Virus record (IMG/VR): IMGVR_UViG_3300020411_003822 | DNA length: 64,000 bases | DNA from: an uncultured virus (IMG/VR IMGVR_UViG_3300020411_003822) | Taxonomy: Duplodnaviria; Heunggongvirae; Uroviricota; Caudoviricetes | Reading direction: 5' to 3' (one strand) | Part shown: positions 1 to 9,107 of the stretch, in pieces | How positions within the stretch are numbered: the first letter of the stretch is position 1 | Layout: each line of letters starts with the position of its first letter | Made by a program: the position numbers and the translations under genes | Notes under the pieces: generated by a model | What the model saw: only the letters and a program-made list of their open reading frames with translations | Databases searched by the model: none | Told to the model about the DNA's origin: nothing

Positions 1-809
1 AACAACACATCAAGCCCAATTAACAAATCTCCCATTTCCTTTACAGTCAAACCTCTCCCTGAATCATACGATGAAGTGGACATGACTGTACCATGAGGGA
101 GTAATTCGAGCATGTGGCCTATTTCTTCGGCTTGGAAGTGATTTGAACCCTTAACCCATAATCGAACATCTTCTTTGTCTGCAGCAAACCGTACAAAAGC
201 CTCGATGTTTTCCTTTGGACATTTCCTCAAAGACATGTCGCCCAAAAATCCTACCAAAAAGCATCCTGTTGCATGCCTAAATGTTGCAGAAGCACGCACT
301 GCTCTATGTGATGAAGACTGCTTAACCAATTCGGGGTCATATCCATGAGGCAAATATGACGGTGCAGGGAAATGTTGGTGAATAACCTCTGCGCCAAACC
401 TGCTGATGCCCGCCAATTCATTTGCAGAATGCAAATCTGATATGTCGTGCGTGTTTAGATCATCTCCATCAACAGGAACCATCAGAAGAGAATTACGAAT
501 GCCTTTCGTCAATTGCCCCCAATTGCGAAAGTTACCAAGACCAATCAAGCACCAATTTTCAATGAGATTTCTCTTACGCCAATCCAGAATATGACTTGCC
601 AAATCGTTAGAAGTAAGTTTGCCAGGTAATTCTGAACAACCGTACACTTCAACCCCGTTTAATTCGAACATTTGTCCAGCGTAACCGTAATCACAAATAT
701 GTGCAACAGAATATCCAGCGGCTTTCAAGCGTTCTCCAATCATTCTCAACTGACTACCGTAGCCCGTCTGTAGCATGGGTGGGTTTCCCAACAACACTAC
801 GCCGTCCAT
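1..809 (-). CDS. Glycosyltransferase family 4 (GT-B), partial, runs off the left edge
   Basis: Own translation from ATG at 809: MDGVVLLGNPPMLQTGYGSQLRMIGERLKAAGYSVAHI...FLVGFLGDMSLRKCPKENIEAF...GLDVL. Typical GT4 N-terminal 'TGYG' and 'RK...IEAF' motifs. Not in the ORF track. Confidence 0.75.
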   Translation of the reverse strand, partial: MDGVVLLGNPPMLQTGYGSQLRMIGERLKAAGYSVAHICDYGYAGQMFELNGVEVYGCSELPGKLTSNDLASHILDWRKRNLIENWCLIGLGNFRNWGQLTKGIRNSLLMVPVDGDDLNTHDISDLHSANELAGISRFGAEVIHQHFPAPSYLPHGYDPELVKQSSSHRAVRASATFRHATGCFLVGFLGDMSLRKCPKENIEAFVRFAADKEDVRLWVKGSNHFQAEEIGHMLELLPHGTVMSTSSYDSGRGLTVKEMGDLLIGLDVL

Positions 810-829
810 GATGACTCCAGCCCTTTCAG

Positions 830-842
830 CCGTTTGAAGTTA
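830..842 (-). promoter_or_regulatory. TATA-like leaderless promoter TAACTTCAAACGG
   Basis: Identical 13-mer at 62670-62682; both lie exactly 20 nt upstream of an ATG. Confidence 0.6.
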
Positions 843-851
843 AGCAAAACA

Positions 852-1076
852 TCAGTGGTAAGCCATATCGAAGTCTTGTTTCTCAGTAGCTATGTCATTT
901 AACTGCAACATCATTAAAGCAATTGTTGCAGGTGAGAGAGAGATATTGGATAATTGCGACCTGATACTTTGTGCTATTTCTATCCCCTGCTGTATTTGTC
1001 CATCCTCAAGATTTTCGATTTCTTTGAGGGAACGAACGACAAGATCTATCCAAAGTTGTTCCTCGCTACTCTCCAT
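852..1076 (-). CDS. Hypothetical protein
   Basis: 74-aa helical ORF; CCTTGATAACC about 22 nt upstream. Confidence 0.55.
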   Translation of the reverse strand: MESSEEQLWIDLVVRSLKEIENLEDGQIQQGIEIAQSIRSQLSNISLSPATIALMMLQLNDIATEKQDFDMAYH

Positions 1077-1178
1077 TACCCGCGCCTTGTCTGATACGGG
1101 TTATCAAGGTTACTCGAACTGGTGTGATGGATAACCATTATACGGCTTGTGAAAGTGACGCCGGTTAAGGGGACTGAA

Positions 1179-1367
1179 ATGGCGGAATCACGGGGTAAAA
1201 CAATTCATGTAAGTGGAGAAGTGCATGCAAGATTATCAGCAATTGGTCGATTTCAAGACTCCTATAACGACATCATCAAGCGTTTACTCGATGAAAAAGA
1301 ATCTGCAGAAGCAGAAAGTGATGATTCGGGGGAAGACCATAATGGGCAAGAAGAAAGTAGTGAATGA
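1179..1367 (+). CDS. Ribbon-helix-helix (archaeal antitoxin-like) DNA-binding protein
   Basis: KTIHVSGEVHARLSAIG...SYNDIIKRLLD is a classic archaeal RHH pattern; acidic tail. Confidence 0.7.
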   Translation: MAESRGKTIHVSGEVHARLSAIGRFQDSYNDIIKRLLDEKESAEAESDDSGEDHNGQEESSE

Positions 1368-1734
1368 GATTGAAAGATTGTACCAAAGAAGCGGTACAAG
1401 TGTGCTATCGTTCCAGCATATAATGGACAATGTTGATGAAAAAAGATCAACCCTTCTTGGCGTCTTGTCCTCTCATCCACGATTATTCATGAAGCTGAAG
1501 AAGAATGTGTGGAAGTTAATCCCAGCAGGCGTAGCCGACTTAGAAACGATTTGTGCTGAATACGGCATAGATCGTGAGAAAATGGAATCAGTTATGGACG
1601 ATTCGGGCTCTCTACGGTATCATTGGATTAGAGTACAAAAAGAAGGCGATGGATTCTCCAGAAGAGAAATCCACTACATGATTCACACGATGAGAAAGGA
1701 CGGAAAATTATCCCTTCCTAATTCTACGCAGTAA
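1342..1734 (+). CDS. Hypothetical protein, possible winged helix
   Basis: ATG at 1342 with GGGG upstream; 'STLLGVLSSHPRLFMKLKKNVW'. Confidence 0.5.
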   Translation: MGKKKVVNEIERLYQRSGTSVLSFQHIMDNVDEKRSTLLGVLSSHPRLFMKLKKNVWKLIPAGVADLETICAEYGIDREKMESVMDDSGSLRYHWIRVQKEGDGFSRREIHYMIHTMRKDGKLSLPNSTQ

Positions 1735-2682
1735 TTGCACATCATTTGCAGGCATAGTAGGCTTCGAAGGCGGATTACGAATAGGTGGATCCCCCTGCAT
1801 TCTTTTTGCATACTTGTAAATCTGCCTTCGTTCTACAAACGCAAACTGTGCAATCCGTACTCCCGAATAATGCCTGGTTCTTGTCCTTGAGGGAATATCT
1901 GCCCGTTGAGCGGCAAGGTAAATTGCCGATGCCGCTTGATTCTTTGCAGGGACATTAGACAAAGGTATTGCACACAACTCCTTCGCCATTTTGTTAATCT
2001 CTTCGTTGTCTGAACCCATCCTGGCTAACACATTTGATACAATGTTGGCGGCACTGGGTGGAATCAATTTAATCAGATCCATCTCTCTTGCTTGTTTGAT
2101 GAATCGTTTGACTACCTTCGGTACTGGAGATTCAGAATGAGCCTTACACAAATCTTCAACTGGTATTGGAAGGTCTGCATTCCGTGATGCAATGTGCAAA
2201 GCAGCAATAACAGTAGTTTTGTGTCCTCTGCCTCCTTTGCTGGAACCTGCATTGTGAAATTTCTTGAATAAGAAATGTGCTTCGAGTAACGCTTGATTAG
2301 GCATTTGGAAATCAAGTGCAATCCTATCCATTTCTTCTTTTGCCTCATCAATTCTTCTTCTCGCACCCGTTTTAGACAGGGTAGAAGATGATGATTGAGT
2401 ATAGGTGCCAGCCTCCAAGTCAAACTTTGTATCAGATGTTTCCAATATATCCAGATCCTTCCTCAAACCACAAACCCCGCAAGCCACTTCCCATGTATTG
2501 CTGCTCCCGTCTACATTGCCCACATCTAATCGTTCTAACAATCTATCAAGGCTATCCCAATCCTCCTGTCTGATAGCCCACAACACGCACCCATCTGGGA
2601 CATATCCCTGGTCGCATGACTCTCCGTCAAAGGCTTGCGCCTCCAAAGGGGCGTACTCAGAGACATTGGTGATGACCGCCAT
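1708..2682 (-). CDS. tfb: Transcription initiation factor IIB (TFB)-like protein
   Basis: Zn-ribbon half EVACGVCGL, then two cyclin-like repeats (IALDFQMP...GRGHKTTVIAALHIASRNADLPIPVEDL; AASAIYLAAQ). Confidence 0.8.
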   Translation of the reverse strand: MAVITNVSEYAPLEAQAFDGESCDQGYVPDGCVLWAIRQEDWDSLDRLLERLDVGNVDGSSNTWEVACGVCGLRKDLDILETSDTKFDLEAGTYTQSSSSTLSKTGARRRIDEAKEEMDRIALDFQMPNQALLEAHFLFKKFHNAGSSKGGRGHKTTVIAALHIASRNADLPIPVEDLCKAHSESPVPKVVKRFIKQAREMDLIKLIPPSAANIVSNVLARMGSDNEEINKMAKELCAIPLSNVPAKNQAASAIYLAAQRADIPSRTRTRHYSGVRIAQFAFVERRQIYKYAKRMQGDPPIRNPPSKPTMPANDVQLLRRIRKG

Positions 2683-2714
2683 TAAACAGCCGAAAAGGTC
2701 GTTGGTTATGAAAC

Positions 2715-3192
2715 CCGATGGCCAAAACTATTGATAAAATTGTAAATTATGTGAAATATGGTTGCATAATTTGCCAGAAATCAATAATTCACAGATCACA
2801 GAGTAGCTTTGCTGCAGAAATAACCTGTCAAAAAGGCAATTCTGTGTCTCTGTATTTAATGGCCGATGGCCAAAACTATTGATAGCATTATACAATGCAT
2901 GAAATATGGTTGTGTAAATTGGCATTTTCGAGATCTATTCGAAATTGCTCTTTCACACGCAAATTGAAGTGGTTTGCAGTCATCTGTCTTAATGACCGAT
3001 GGCCAAAACTACTGATAGCCATCATTTTATGATGAAATATGGTTATCAAAAACAGTATTTTCGACTGATTGTCTTGAAAGAAGCTGTTCCAGGAGATGCA
3101 ATTCCTTGCAGATCATGGCCGATTCGAGGCATCTGTCTTAATGGCCGATGGCCAAATATACTGATATTTCTATTACAAATATGAAATATGGG
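2715..3192. repeat. Four bipartite ~48-bp direct repeats (CCGATGGCCAAA...GAAATATGG), iteron/origin-like
   Basis: CCGATGGCCAAA at 2715, 2863, 2996, 3145, each followed by GAAATATGG exactly 38 bp later; AT-rich; lies at the strand switch. Confidence 0.85.
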
Positions 3193-3273
3193 TCTAAATC
3201 TTAGGATTCCTGAGGCCCAATGTAATGAGGGCAGCAATAAAACGCTGTTTTCGACACACTAAACACTACAAAA

Positions 3274-3315
3274 GTCATGTCCCTAAGGGGGCGATGACCC
3301 ATTGTAATGAGGGGG
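3274..3315 (+). promoter_or_regulatory. Repeated CCCTAAGGGGGCGATGACCCAWTRTAWTGAGGG element
   Basis: Copies at 3281 and 4997, diverged copy at 34969, partial at 3217; each precedes a structured non-coding segment. Confidence 0.5.
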
Positions 3316-3335
3316 AGAGAACCCCTAATCTAAAC

Positions 3336-3870
3336 ACAATAGTTGGTGGGATTACGATCCCTCACGAACCAACTGGAGAATCCTCTTTTGCAAGAGGGTG
3401 TATCTGGTATCAATGGTTCACCAACTGTACACCAACGAGGAAATTACAAGCTTCGGGACTTATGTCCCTGGAACCTCGTTGATGCTAAGGAACGAGACGG
3501 CTCGGAAGCGAATCCGAGCCATTAGAATACGGCATAGCAGGGGCAAGTAATCCCTGTCCGTAGGACAATCCCGAAAGGGCGAAGTTCCTCACGCCAACTT
3601 CATGGAGCAGAAGTTGGTACAGTAAGCCATAATGATTGAGGTTTGCGGCATGCGAGGATGATGAAATGAGTAAGAGGCTTTGATAACACTCCGTCAATTC
3701 GGAGGGAATCTATCATCGATTAGACATGTATTGAGTGCATAATTCGCAAGATGAAATGCATAACAGGACTCAGGTTACTCGGTTCTAACGGTCTTTGACC
3801 TATGAACCAGTCGATACGCAGCAATTTATTGCTGAGGAAATTTGAGAAAATGGCGCAAATCAATTAATCA
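3336..3870 (+). ncRNA. Candidate large structured non-coding RNA
   Basis: No credible ORF; many stems (AGTTGG..CCAACT, AACGAGG..CCTCGTT, GGCTCGGA..TCCGAGCC, CCCGAAAGGG); bounded by TCTAAAC and ACTTAAC motifs. Confidence 0.5.
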
Positions 3871-3900
3871 ATCACTTAACACTTAACACAAACTAAACAC

Positions 3901-4191
3901 ATGTCGTCCAAGAAGGAACAGACAGAAACATGGCAAGAGGCAGTCAAGAGGATTCGAGAAAATAATTCGCATCTAAGGAACAGCCACCGCCATACACAAA
4001 GTGGGTTCAATAAAGAACGCCGACAGAAACTCAATGCAAAAGGCATTGGAGTAAATCGGGGAGTGAACACCACTTCACAAACAAGAACTTGCAATGGTTG
4101 CGGAAGATTAGTGCACGCAAGAGGGGTGCATCACACCTCTCAAAGCACACTTAATTTCTGCAAGTCATGTGCAAGGTTCTTTGGAAGATAA
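3901..4191 (+). CDS. Basic zinc-finger protein
   Basis: CNGC...CKSC; preceded by tandem ACTTAAC ACTTAAC..ACTAAAC. Confidence 0.65.
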   Translation: MSSKKEQTETWQEAVKRIRENNSHLRNSHRHTQSGFNKERRQKLNAKGIGVNRGVNTTSQTRTCNGCGRLVHARGVHHTSQSTLNFCKSCARFFGR

Positions 4192-4240
4192 CACAAAATG
4201 CCAACAGGGGCGCTACCATAGTGCCCCTGTTGGTCTAAAC

Positions 4241-4621
4241 ATGAACTTTACAGACGCGAAAGCATGTGTATTGGCTTCATACAATGGCGTAGAACAATTT
4301 TACCGTAGGTGCCACATGGCAAATAGCACTTTAGCCGGTCTAACTGGCAACAAAGTGGTATTCGGACTCGCTAAGAGTTCAATTACGGGTGTTCAGGGCG
4401 GCCATGTATGGACTGAAACACCTGATGGCGTAATCCAAGATGCATTGGAGGACTATTGGTATGACCATGAGCACATACCTCCTCAAATGCACGAATTTCT
4501 AATCAACAACTTCTATGGGGAAGGACGGCCACTTCGAGAGTGGCTCACCCAACCCATGATTGATTTAGCCGAGGCTGGGGGAAACCCCATCCTCGAATGG
4601 AGAATGTCAAGAGGTGTATGA
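4241..4621 (+). CDS. Hypothetical protein (weak transglutaminase-like C/H/D pattern)
   Basis: Start at TCTAAAC-ATG; RRCH...GHVWTETPDGVIQD. Confidence 0.55.
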   Translation: MNFTDAKACVLASYNGVEQFYRRCHMANSTLAGLTGNKVVFGLAKSSITGVQGGHVWTETPDGVIQDALEDYWYDHEHIPPQMHEFLINNFYGEGRPLREWLTQPMIDLAEAGGNPILEWRMSRGV

Positions 4622-4628
4622 TCTGAAC

Positions 4629-4979
4629 ATGATCCAAACGCAACAAATGGCGAAGGATTTAGGCACAGCCTTGAATAATATTCTGTGGGAAAAATACAGG
4701 AATTATCCCTGGCTGATTATACATTATCATAGATCTTTGAACAATACTTTCCTCATCGATATGGGGGAAGACAAACTTCGAAGAATGTATGCAGTATTGG
4801 AAGAATACGGAATCAAACCAAGTATTGCTGCTCTCAACGAGCATCAAAAACCTGTGATTAGTTACCGATTCTTCAACAGGAAAACAAATCAAGAAGAATA
4901 TTGGGATTTTCAATTTGAATGGGTGGCTTGTAATGAGGCAGCCCGACTTCAAATTGACCTAATTCCAGCATCGAACTGA
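4629..4979 (+). CDS. Hypothetical protein
   Basis: Starts at TCTGAAC-ATG; stop is the TGA of ACTGAAC at 4975. Confidence 0.65.
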   Translation: MIQTQQMAKDLGTALNNILWEKYRNYPWLIIHYHRSLNNTFLIDMGEDKLRRMYAVLEEYGIKPSIAALNEHQKPVISYRFFNRKTNQEEYWDFQFEWVACNEAARLQIDLIPASN

Positions 4980-5019
4980 ACACATATGAGTCACCCCCCT
5001 AAGGGGGCGATGACCCAAT

Positions 5020-5370
5020 ATATTGAGGGATAGTATTCCCTCACCAATCATGTAGCTAATTGGCTGAGGAAAAGGCCATTGATCGAGTGCGAAGAAAAGT
5101 AACGAGGGAAAAAAAAGACACAGCACTCTCCCTTACGACATGACAGGGGTAAAACCCAAACAAATGCCTATTGAGAAGGGCAGTTATGAGGTCGAGCAGA
5201 AGAAGCGAGCACGATAGTGTGAGGACCTTACTTCGCTACCCGCCGAGTAAAATCGGTGAAAGACCAATGATTACTGCAGCGAAAGCACCACCAAACCAGT
5301 TTAATTACAGGTAGTGTGGCTTCAAAATAGGAACTGAAAGAATTTGCAGGTAGCAATTGGAGACGGGAAC
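5020..5370 (+). ncRNA. Candidate structured non-coding RNA
   Basis: ORF-free; hairpins (TGAGGGA..TCCCTCA, GGGTAAAACCC, GCGAAAGC); ends at ACTTAAC. Confidence 0.35.
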
Positions 5371-5557
5371 TATACACTTAACATGAACAATATTATCATA
5401 GGAGATAGGATGAAACGCTACGAAGTAGTAACTGAAGAAAAAGAAAAATATGGAATGAAGGTAACAGTCATTCGATTCAAAAGATACAGACCGATAGCGA
5501 AATATGATCCTTTCTCAATGTTCTAATCCCATAAGGGATACTTTACAATAATTTGTA

Positions 5558-5600
5558 CCACAAACCCCCCAAGCGGTGAGCCGTTTGGGGGCTTTTGTGG
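5558..5600 (+). terminator. Strong hairpin followed by ATGAACTCAACA
   Basis: CCACAAACCCCCCAAGCGG-TGAG-CCGTTTGGGGGCTTTTGTGG; the same ATGAACTCAACA follows the 12088 terminator. Confidence 0.45.
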
Positions 5601-5794
5601 CATGAACTCAACACAAACCGACTCGCAACCATCGAGCCAAAGAAAATATGAGATAGAAGAATGAATCGCATGCGGGGTGGGTTGGTCTGTACTACTATAC
5701 ACTTAACACTAAACCTGGGGAGTGCTTTGATTGTTTACACAGGGAACGGAGCCTCGGTTTGATCACCAAATAGCCGAAAAAACAATCACTTAAC

Positions 5795-6240
5795 ATGAAC
5801 AAATCCTGAGAGGTAAGTCGATTTATCGACTAATGTATCTCCAGGTGTTGAAGGTCACAAGAGGCAGAAGCCAATTCTGACACGAAGACAGATATTGAAG
5901 AAACCAATGCATCTTTTGAGCGAAACTGTCCGTCACGAGGGGCGAAAGCCCGAAACTGTTGGCGGCGAGGCGAATGAGGATGCATTGGTGGAACAGAACT
6001 GTGGCGCTCTCCTTTGGAGAGTCGATTTGAGAGAGTGGAAAAGGTCTAACATCAGACACCGCCACAACATCAGGGATGATGGAAAATGTTTGGAATAGTA
6101 ATGTCGTGAAGCATCACGGCTGGAGGGCAGAGGTTCTGAGAGGAACTAAAACCCTTCATACACCATATCTGATTCAAAGTTGGTATCGGTCACACAAACC
6201 GATACAGCCCCATGTGTGGGGTCAATAGAACCAATTGTGA
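5795..6240 (+). ncRNA. Candidate structured non-coding RNA
   Basis: ACTTAAC-ATG opens only a 4-codon ORF; stems CCTGAGAG..CTCCAGG, CCAATGCATC..GATGCATTGG, GGGCGAAAGCCC, CTCTCCTTTGGAGAG. Confidence 0.45.
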
Positions 6241-6248
6241 AACTAAAC

Positions 6249-7742
6249 ATGGCGAGTAAGTCAGGGAAAGGAGCCCCGTCAGGGGGCAATGGAAAGAAAT
6301 TAGGACAGAAAATGCAGAAGAAGATCGCTGCCATGCTTATGGCAATGATTGGCTTTGCGAAACTCTGTCTTGGAATGAAGAAGAAGAGCGAAGAAGGCAA
6401 CCCAGTGTTGCGTGTCACACCGCAGGGCGATTCAGGTAGAGAATACCTATTGACTGTAAGTGACCCAGCAGAAGTGAAGACCTTAGCCAGTGAACAGGAT
6501 AGGTTAGCGGCCATTATGAGTGGCCAAGAAGATCCTAACATCACAAAGGCAAATACAACCGGTTTGAATAAGCAGGTTGAGAAGGTCATGAAGTTACTTT
6601 CATCGTTGCAGAACCTGGAACGGTATGCAAACATGGTGTTTGGTATTGGTGATTCACCAAATCAGATTAACCTAATCATGCCGGACAAGAAGACGAAGTT
6701 CAACTTCTCAATGCGCGACTTGAAGCGGTTGGTCGGAATGGCCAACAATGCAACAGGAAACAAGCGTATGGAGCAAATGAACGAAATCGATTTCTGCATA
6801 AAACTTCTCGCAATGCAAGGGCAACTTGAGGTTGGCAAAACCTTCAACGGGCCCTCATTAGTCGTGGTATACAAGCCCAATAAGAAGGCAGTAAAGTTCC
6901 ACGAAAAGAAAGTCATGTATTGCATGACAATGGAAAACGGAATACCAACATGGAAAAAAGGCAACCTCGAACTCGTTGCACGAGACAAGCGAGGCAAGGT
7001 CGTATTCTGGACAAAAATCAACAAGGAATTGAAGAACGCAAGATTCGTTGATAAGACCAACAAGAAGGCAGTAGCCAAAGATTGGTTTTTCCAGATAAAA
7101 CAAAAACATGGTAAATGGGTTTTGGACAAGAAAACGCAACAAGTCCTACAGGCAGCCAAAGAAGCGGGTGTCTTGAAGGGCTACTCATTCGGAAAGGAGT
7201 GGGCTGACGACATTGAAGCACCAGTAAAGAAGTTGAAATACACTCTCGCTGGATTCATTATGTCTACAACAAACGCAGTTAGCACAGGCGTGGGGCACAT
7301 TGTTCCAGCAAGTCTGAGAGACGCTTTTTGCAAAATCAGCCTCAAGAGACTTCTTGAAGGACACCCAGATGAAGTGTCCCTACTGAATGAAGAGAACACC
7401 GCCCTATTGGGTGAGTTGAAATCGTTGCTCATCTTGGACGACTGGAAGATCCCAGCAATTTTCACCACTAACAACAGTGAGTGGAGCCCATTTGATCCGA
7501 AAAATCTCAGTGAGTTAATGGATTCTGGACTGTTGAACAGCGTCATCAAGAACGATGTGAAGGCGCTATCAAACGCAGCATCCGCAGACCAACTGGAATG
7601 TGTTCCACATGCAAGATTGCTCAACCGGTACTGGAAATGGACCGAAGTAGCAAGCACATGGACTGCGAGCGAGAATCACGATGAGATGATTGACCTCGTT
7701 TCTGTACCTGCTCAAGAACCGGCACAAAAGTCGGCAGAGTAG
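6249..7742 (+). CDS. Large lysine-rich hypothetical protein (497 aa)
   Basis: Long ORF; start moved to ACTAAAC-ATG. Confidence 0.8.
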   Translation: MASKSGKGAPSGGNGKKLGQKMQKKIAAMLMAMIGFAKLCLGMKKKSEEGNPVLRVTPQGDSGREYLLTVSDPAEVKTLASEQDRLAAIMSGQEDPNITKANTTGLNKQVEKVMKLLSSLQNLERYANMVFGIGDSPNQINLIMPDKKTKFNFSMRDLKRLVGMANNATGNKRMEQMNEIDFCIKLLAMQGQLEVGKTFNGPSLVVVYKPNKKAVKFHEKKVMYCMTMENGIPTWKKGNLELVARDKRGKVVFWTKINKELKNARFVDKTNKKAVAKDWFFQIKQKHGKWVLDKKTQQVLQAAKEAGVLKGYSFGKEWADDIEAPVKKLKYTLAGFIMSTTNAVSTGVGHIVPASLRDAFCKISLKRLLEGHPDEVSLLNEENTALLGELKSLLILDDWKIPAIFTTNNSEWSPFDPKNLSELMDSGLLNSVIKNDVKALSNAASADQLECVPHARLLNRYWKWTEVASTWTASENHDEMIDLVSVPAQEPAQKSAE

Positions 7743-7749
7743 AACGAAC

Positions 7750-8050
7750 AGCAACAAGGGACTTCTCACAACTCCATCTTCGATAGAGAGAAAAAATAGA
7801 TTACAATGTGAATGGGGAAACGAGGGTGAACTGCCCGATGACATCTCCATGCCAGTAAATCCCACGAGGATTGCGCCGTAGGCAGTAGGCCGTAGGCTTA
7901 ATCGTGGGGCTAATGAGTAAACACCAACCGCAAACGGGTTCGAATCGGAGCGGTTCGGTATTCTTGATTCTCAATGAAATCAAAACAAGCACACGGATGG
8001 ATACCAGAGGGTGACGCCAATGAAGGTATCCATCCACTTGGTGCATAGGA
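7750..8050 (+). ncRNA. Candidate structured non-coding RNA upstream of tRNA-Lys
   Basis: CCCACGA..TCGTGGG enclosing two GCCGTAGGC hairpins; GGATGGATACC..GGTATCCATCC. Confidence 0.45.
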
Positions 8051-8068
8051 ATTTACAGAACACAAACA

Positions 8069-8142
8069 GGGCCTGTAGCTTAGCCAGGTAGAGCGTCCGG
8101 CTTTTAACCGGACGGCCAGGGGTTCGAATCCCCTCAGGCCCG
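8069..8142 (+). tRNA. tRNA-Lys (TTT)
   Basis: Acceptor GGGCCTG/CAGGCCC; anticodon arm TCCGG-CTTTTAA-CCGGA; T-loop GGTTCGAATCC; CCA not encoded; flanked by motif variants. Confidence 0.95.
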
Positions 8143-8161
8143 CTTAACACTAAACACGCAG

Positions 8162-8467
8162 GTGGAAAAAATGAAACTAAGCGAAATAAGAGAAAGATGT
8201 GGGATTGTACTACAATTACCAGCGAACAACAGGAGCAAAGAAAGATTGAAACTACCGGTTTCAATTGAGAACGGAAAGATATTGTGGGATAAAAGAACCC
8301 CAAACAATCTTCGTAAAGGCTCAATCCGCAAAGAACAACACGGACTATGGACTAAAATCTATGAGAATTGTGTTGCAGAAGGAACAATGTTCAACTGGGA
8401 AACGAGAGGAAATTCCATCACGCTTTCACAAGATGAACTAAGCCAAATCGTAGAAAGATTTGCTTGA
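8162..8467 (+). CDS. Hypothetical protein
   Basis: ORF; AGGTGG upstream of ATG at 8171. Confidence 0.6.
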   Translation: MEKMKLSEIRERCGIVLQLPANNRSKERLKLPVSIENGKILWDKRTPNNLRKGSIRKEQHGLWTKIYENCVAEGTMFNWETRGNSITLSQDELSQIVERFA

Positions 8468-8645
8468 GTTACAGACATTGGAGGAAATATACCTCGTTGC
8501 ACTCCAACAGCAGCGTCTCATTGACCTTTCGGGGTCAATGACTGCTTAGGATAATAGCCGTAAATGTGCCGGCTTTAACATTCCCAATTATGGGAAATCC
8601 GCCGATACAGGGGGTCAGCCCCCTGTATTGGCTCTAAAACTTAAC

Positions 8646-9020
8646 ATGAGTAAACTTCCAGTTCAAGTGAGCAGAGAAGGTGATCTAAATTTCAAAAGAG
8701 CCTCAAAGGCTTTCGAGAAATTAGCAAAGGCATCTAATGAAGGATGCGAGAAAAGCAAAGAACGGGCCGAGTCACATGCAAGTGATTGGGACGAACGAGC
8801 AGAAAGATGCCAAGAAGTAGGAACACAAACCGAAAATGTTGGCGGAAAATCAGTCGAGTTTGACTCGAATGATTGCAGATTAATGGCAAGAATTTGGAGA
8901 AATTGCACTGAACATGACCGAATTATGGTTATTTTGGGCGTTGGGACTGCTCTATTTGATGCACAGATCCCAACGAAGTTGGACTTACGAAATGGCGCAG
9001 AGATTAGAAGAGTCACATAA
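8646..9020 (+). CDS. Hypothetical protein; reads through the motif at 8907
   Basis: ACTTAAC-ATG start. Confidence 0.6.
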   Translation: MSKLPVQVSREGDLNFKRASKAFEKLAKASNEGCEKSKERAESHASDWDERAERCQEVGTQTENVGGKSVEFDSNDCRLMARIWRNCTEHDRIMVILGVGTALFDAQIPTKLDLRNGAEIRRVT

Positions 9021-9105
9021 GGCTAATATTGTCTATCAGACCAATAATCTTCATGCATCGTTAAATGTTATTAAGGAGCAGATAGAACTCCTCAAAGAAG
9101 ACTGA
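8914..9105 (+). CDS. Small membrane-anchored protein
   Basis: Motif to motif; N-terminal hydrophobic stretch. Confidence 0.6.
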   Translation: MTELWLFWALGLLYLMHRSQRSWTYEMAQRLEESHKANIVYQTNNLHASLNVIKEQIELLKED

Positions 9106-9107
9106 AC

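Noticed and set aside
1173..1181. ACTGAA-ATG before the RHH gene as an outlying array motif
   Set aside because: It is a single imperfect copy outside the array with a GGGG Shine-Dalgarno-like run just upstream; it may be chance.
2715..3192. CRISPR array
   Set aside because: The repeats are bipartite and degenerate with ~85-100-bp gaps, there are only four copies, and no cas genes are seen.
5020..6240. RNase P RNA, group I/II intron or hammerhead ribozyme
   Set aside because: GAGGAAA and GTGCG words occur, but I could not find the paired P4 signature, group II domain V or CUGAUGA core; left as unclassified structured RNA.
7951..7958. GTTCGGT as a guide complementary to ACTGAAC
   Set aside because: It could pair with one G-U wobble, but it sits in a local CGAATCG/CGGTTCG hairpin, and a 7-nt match is expected by chance.
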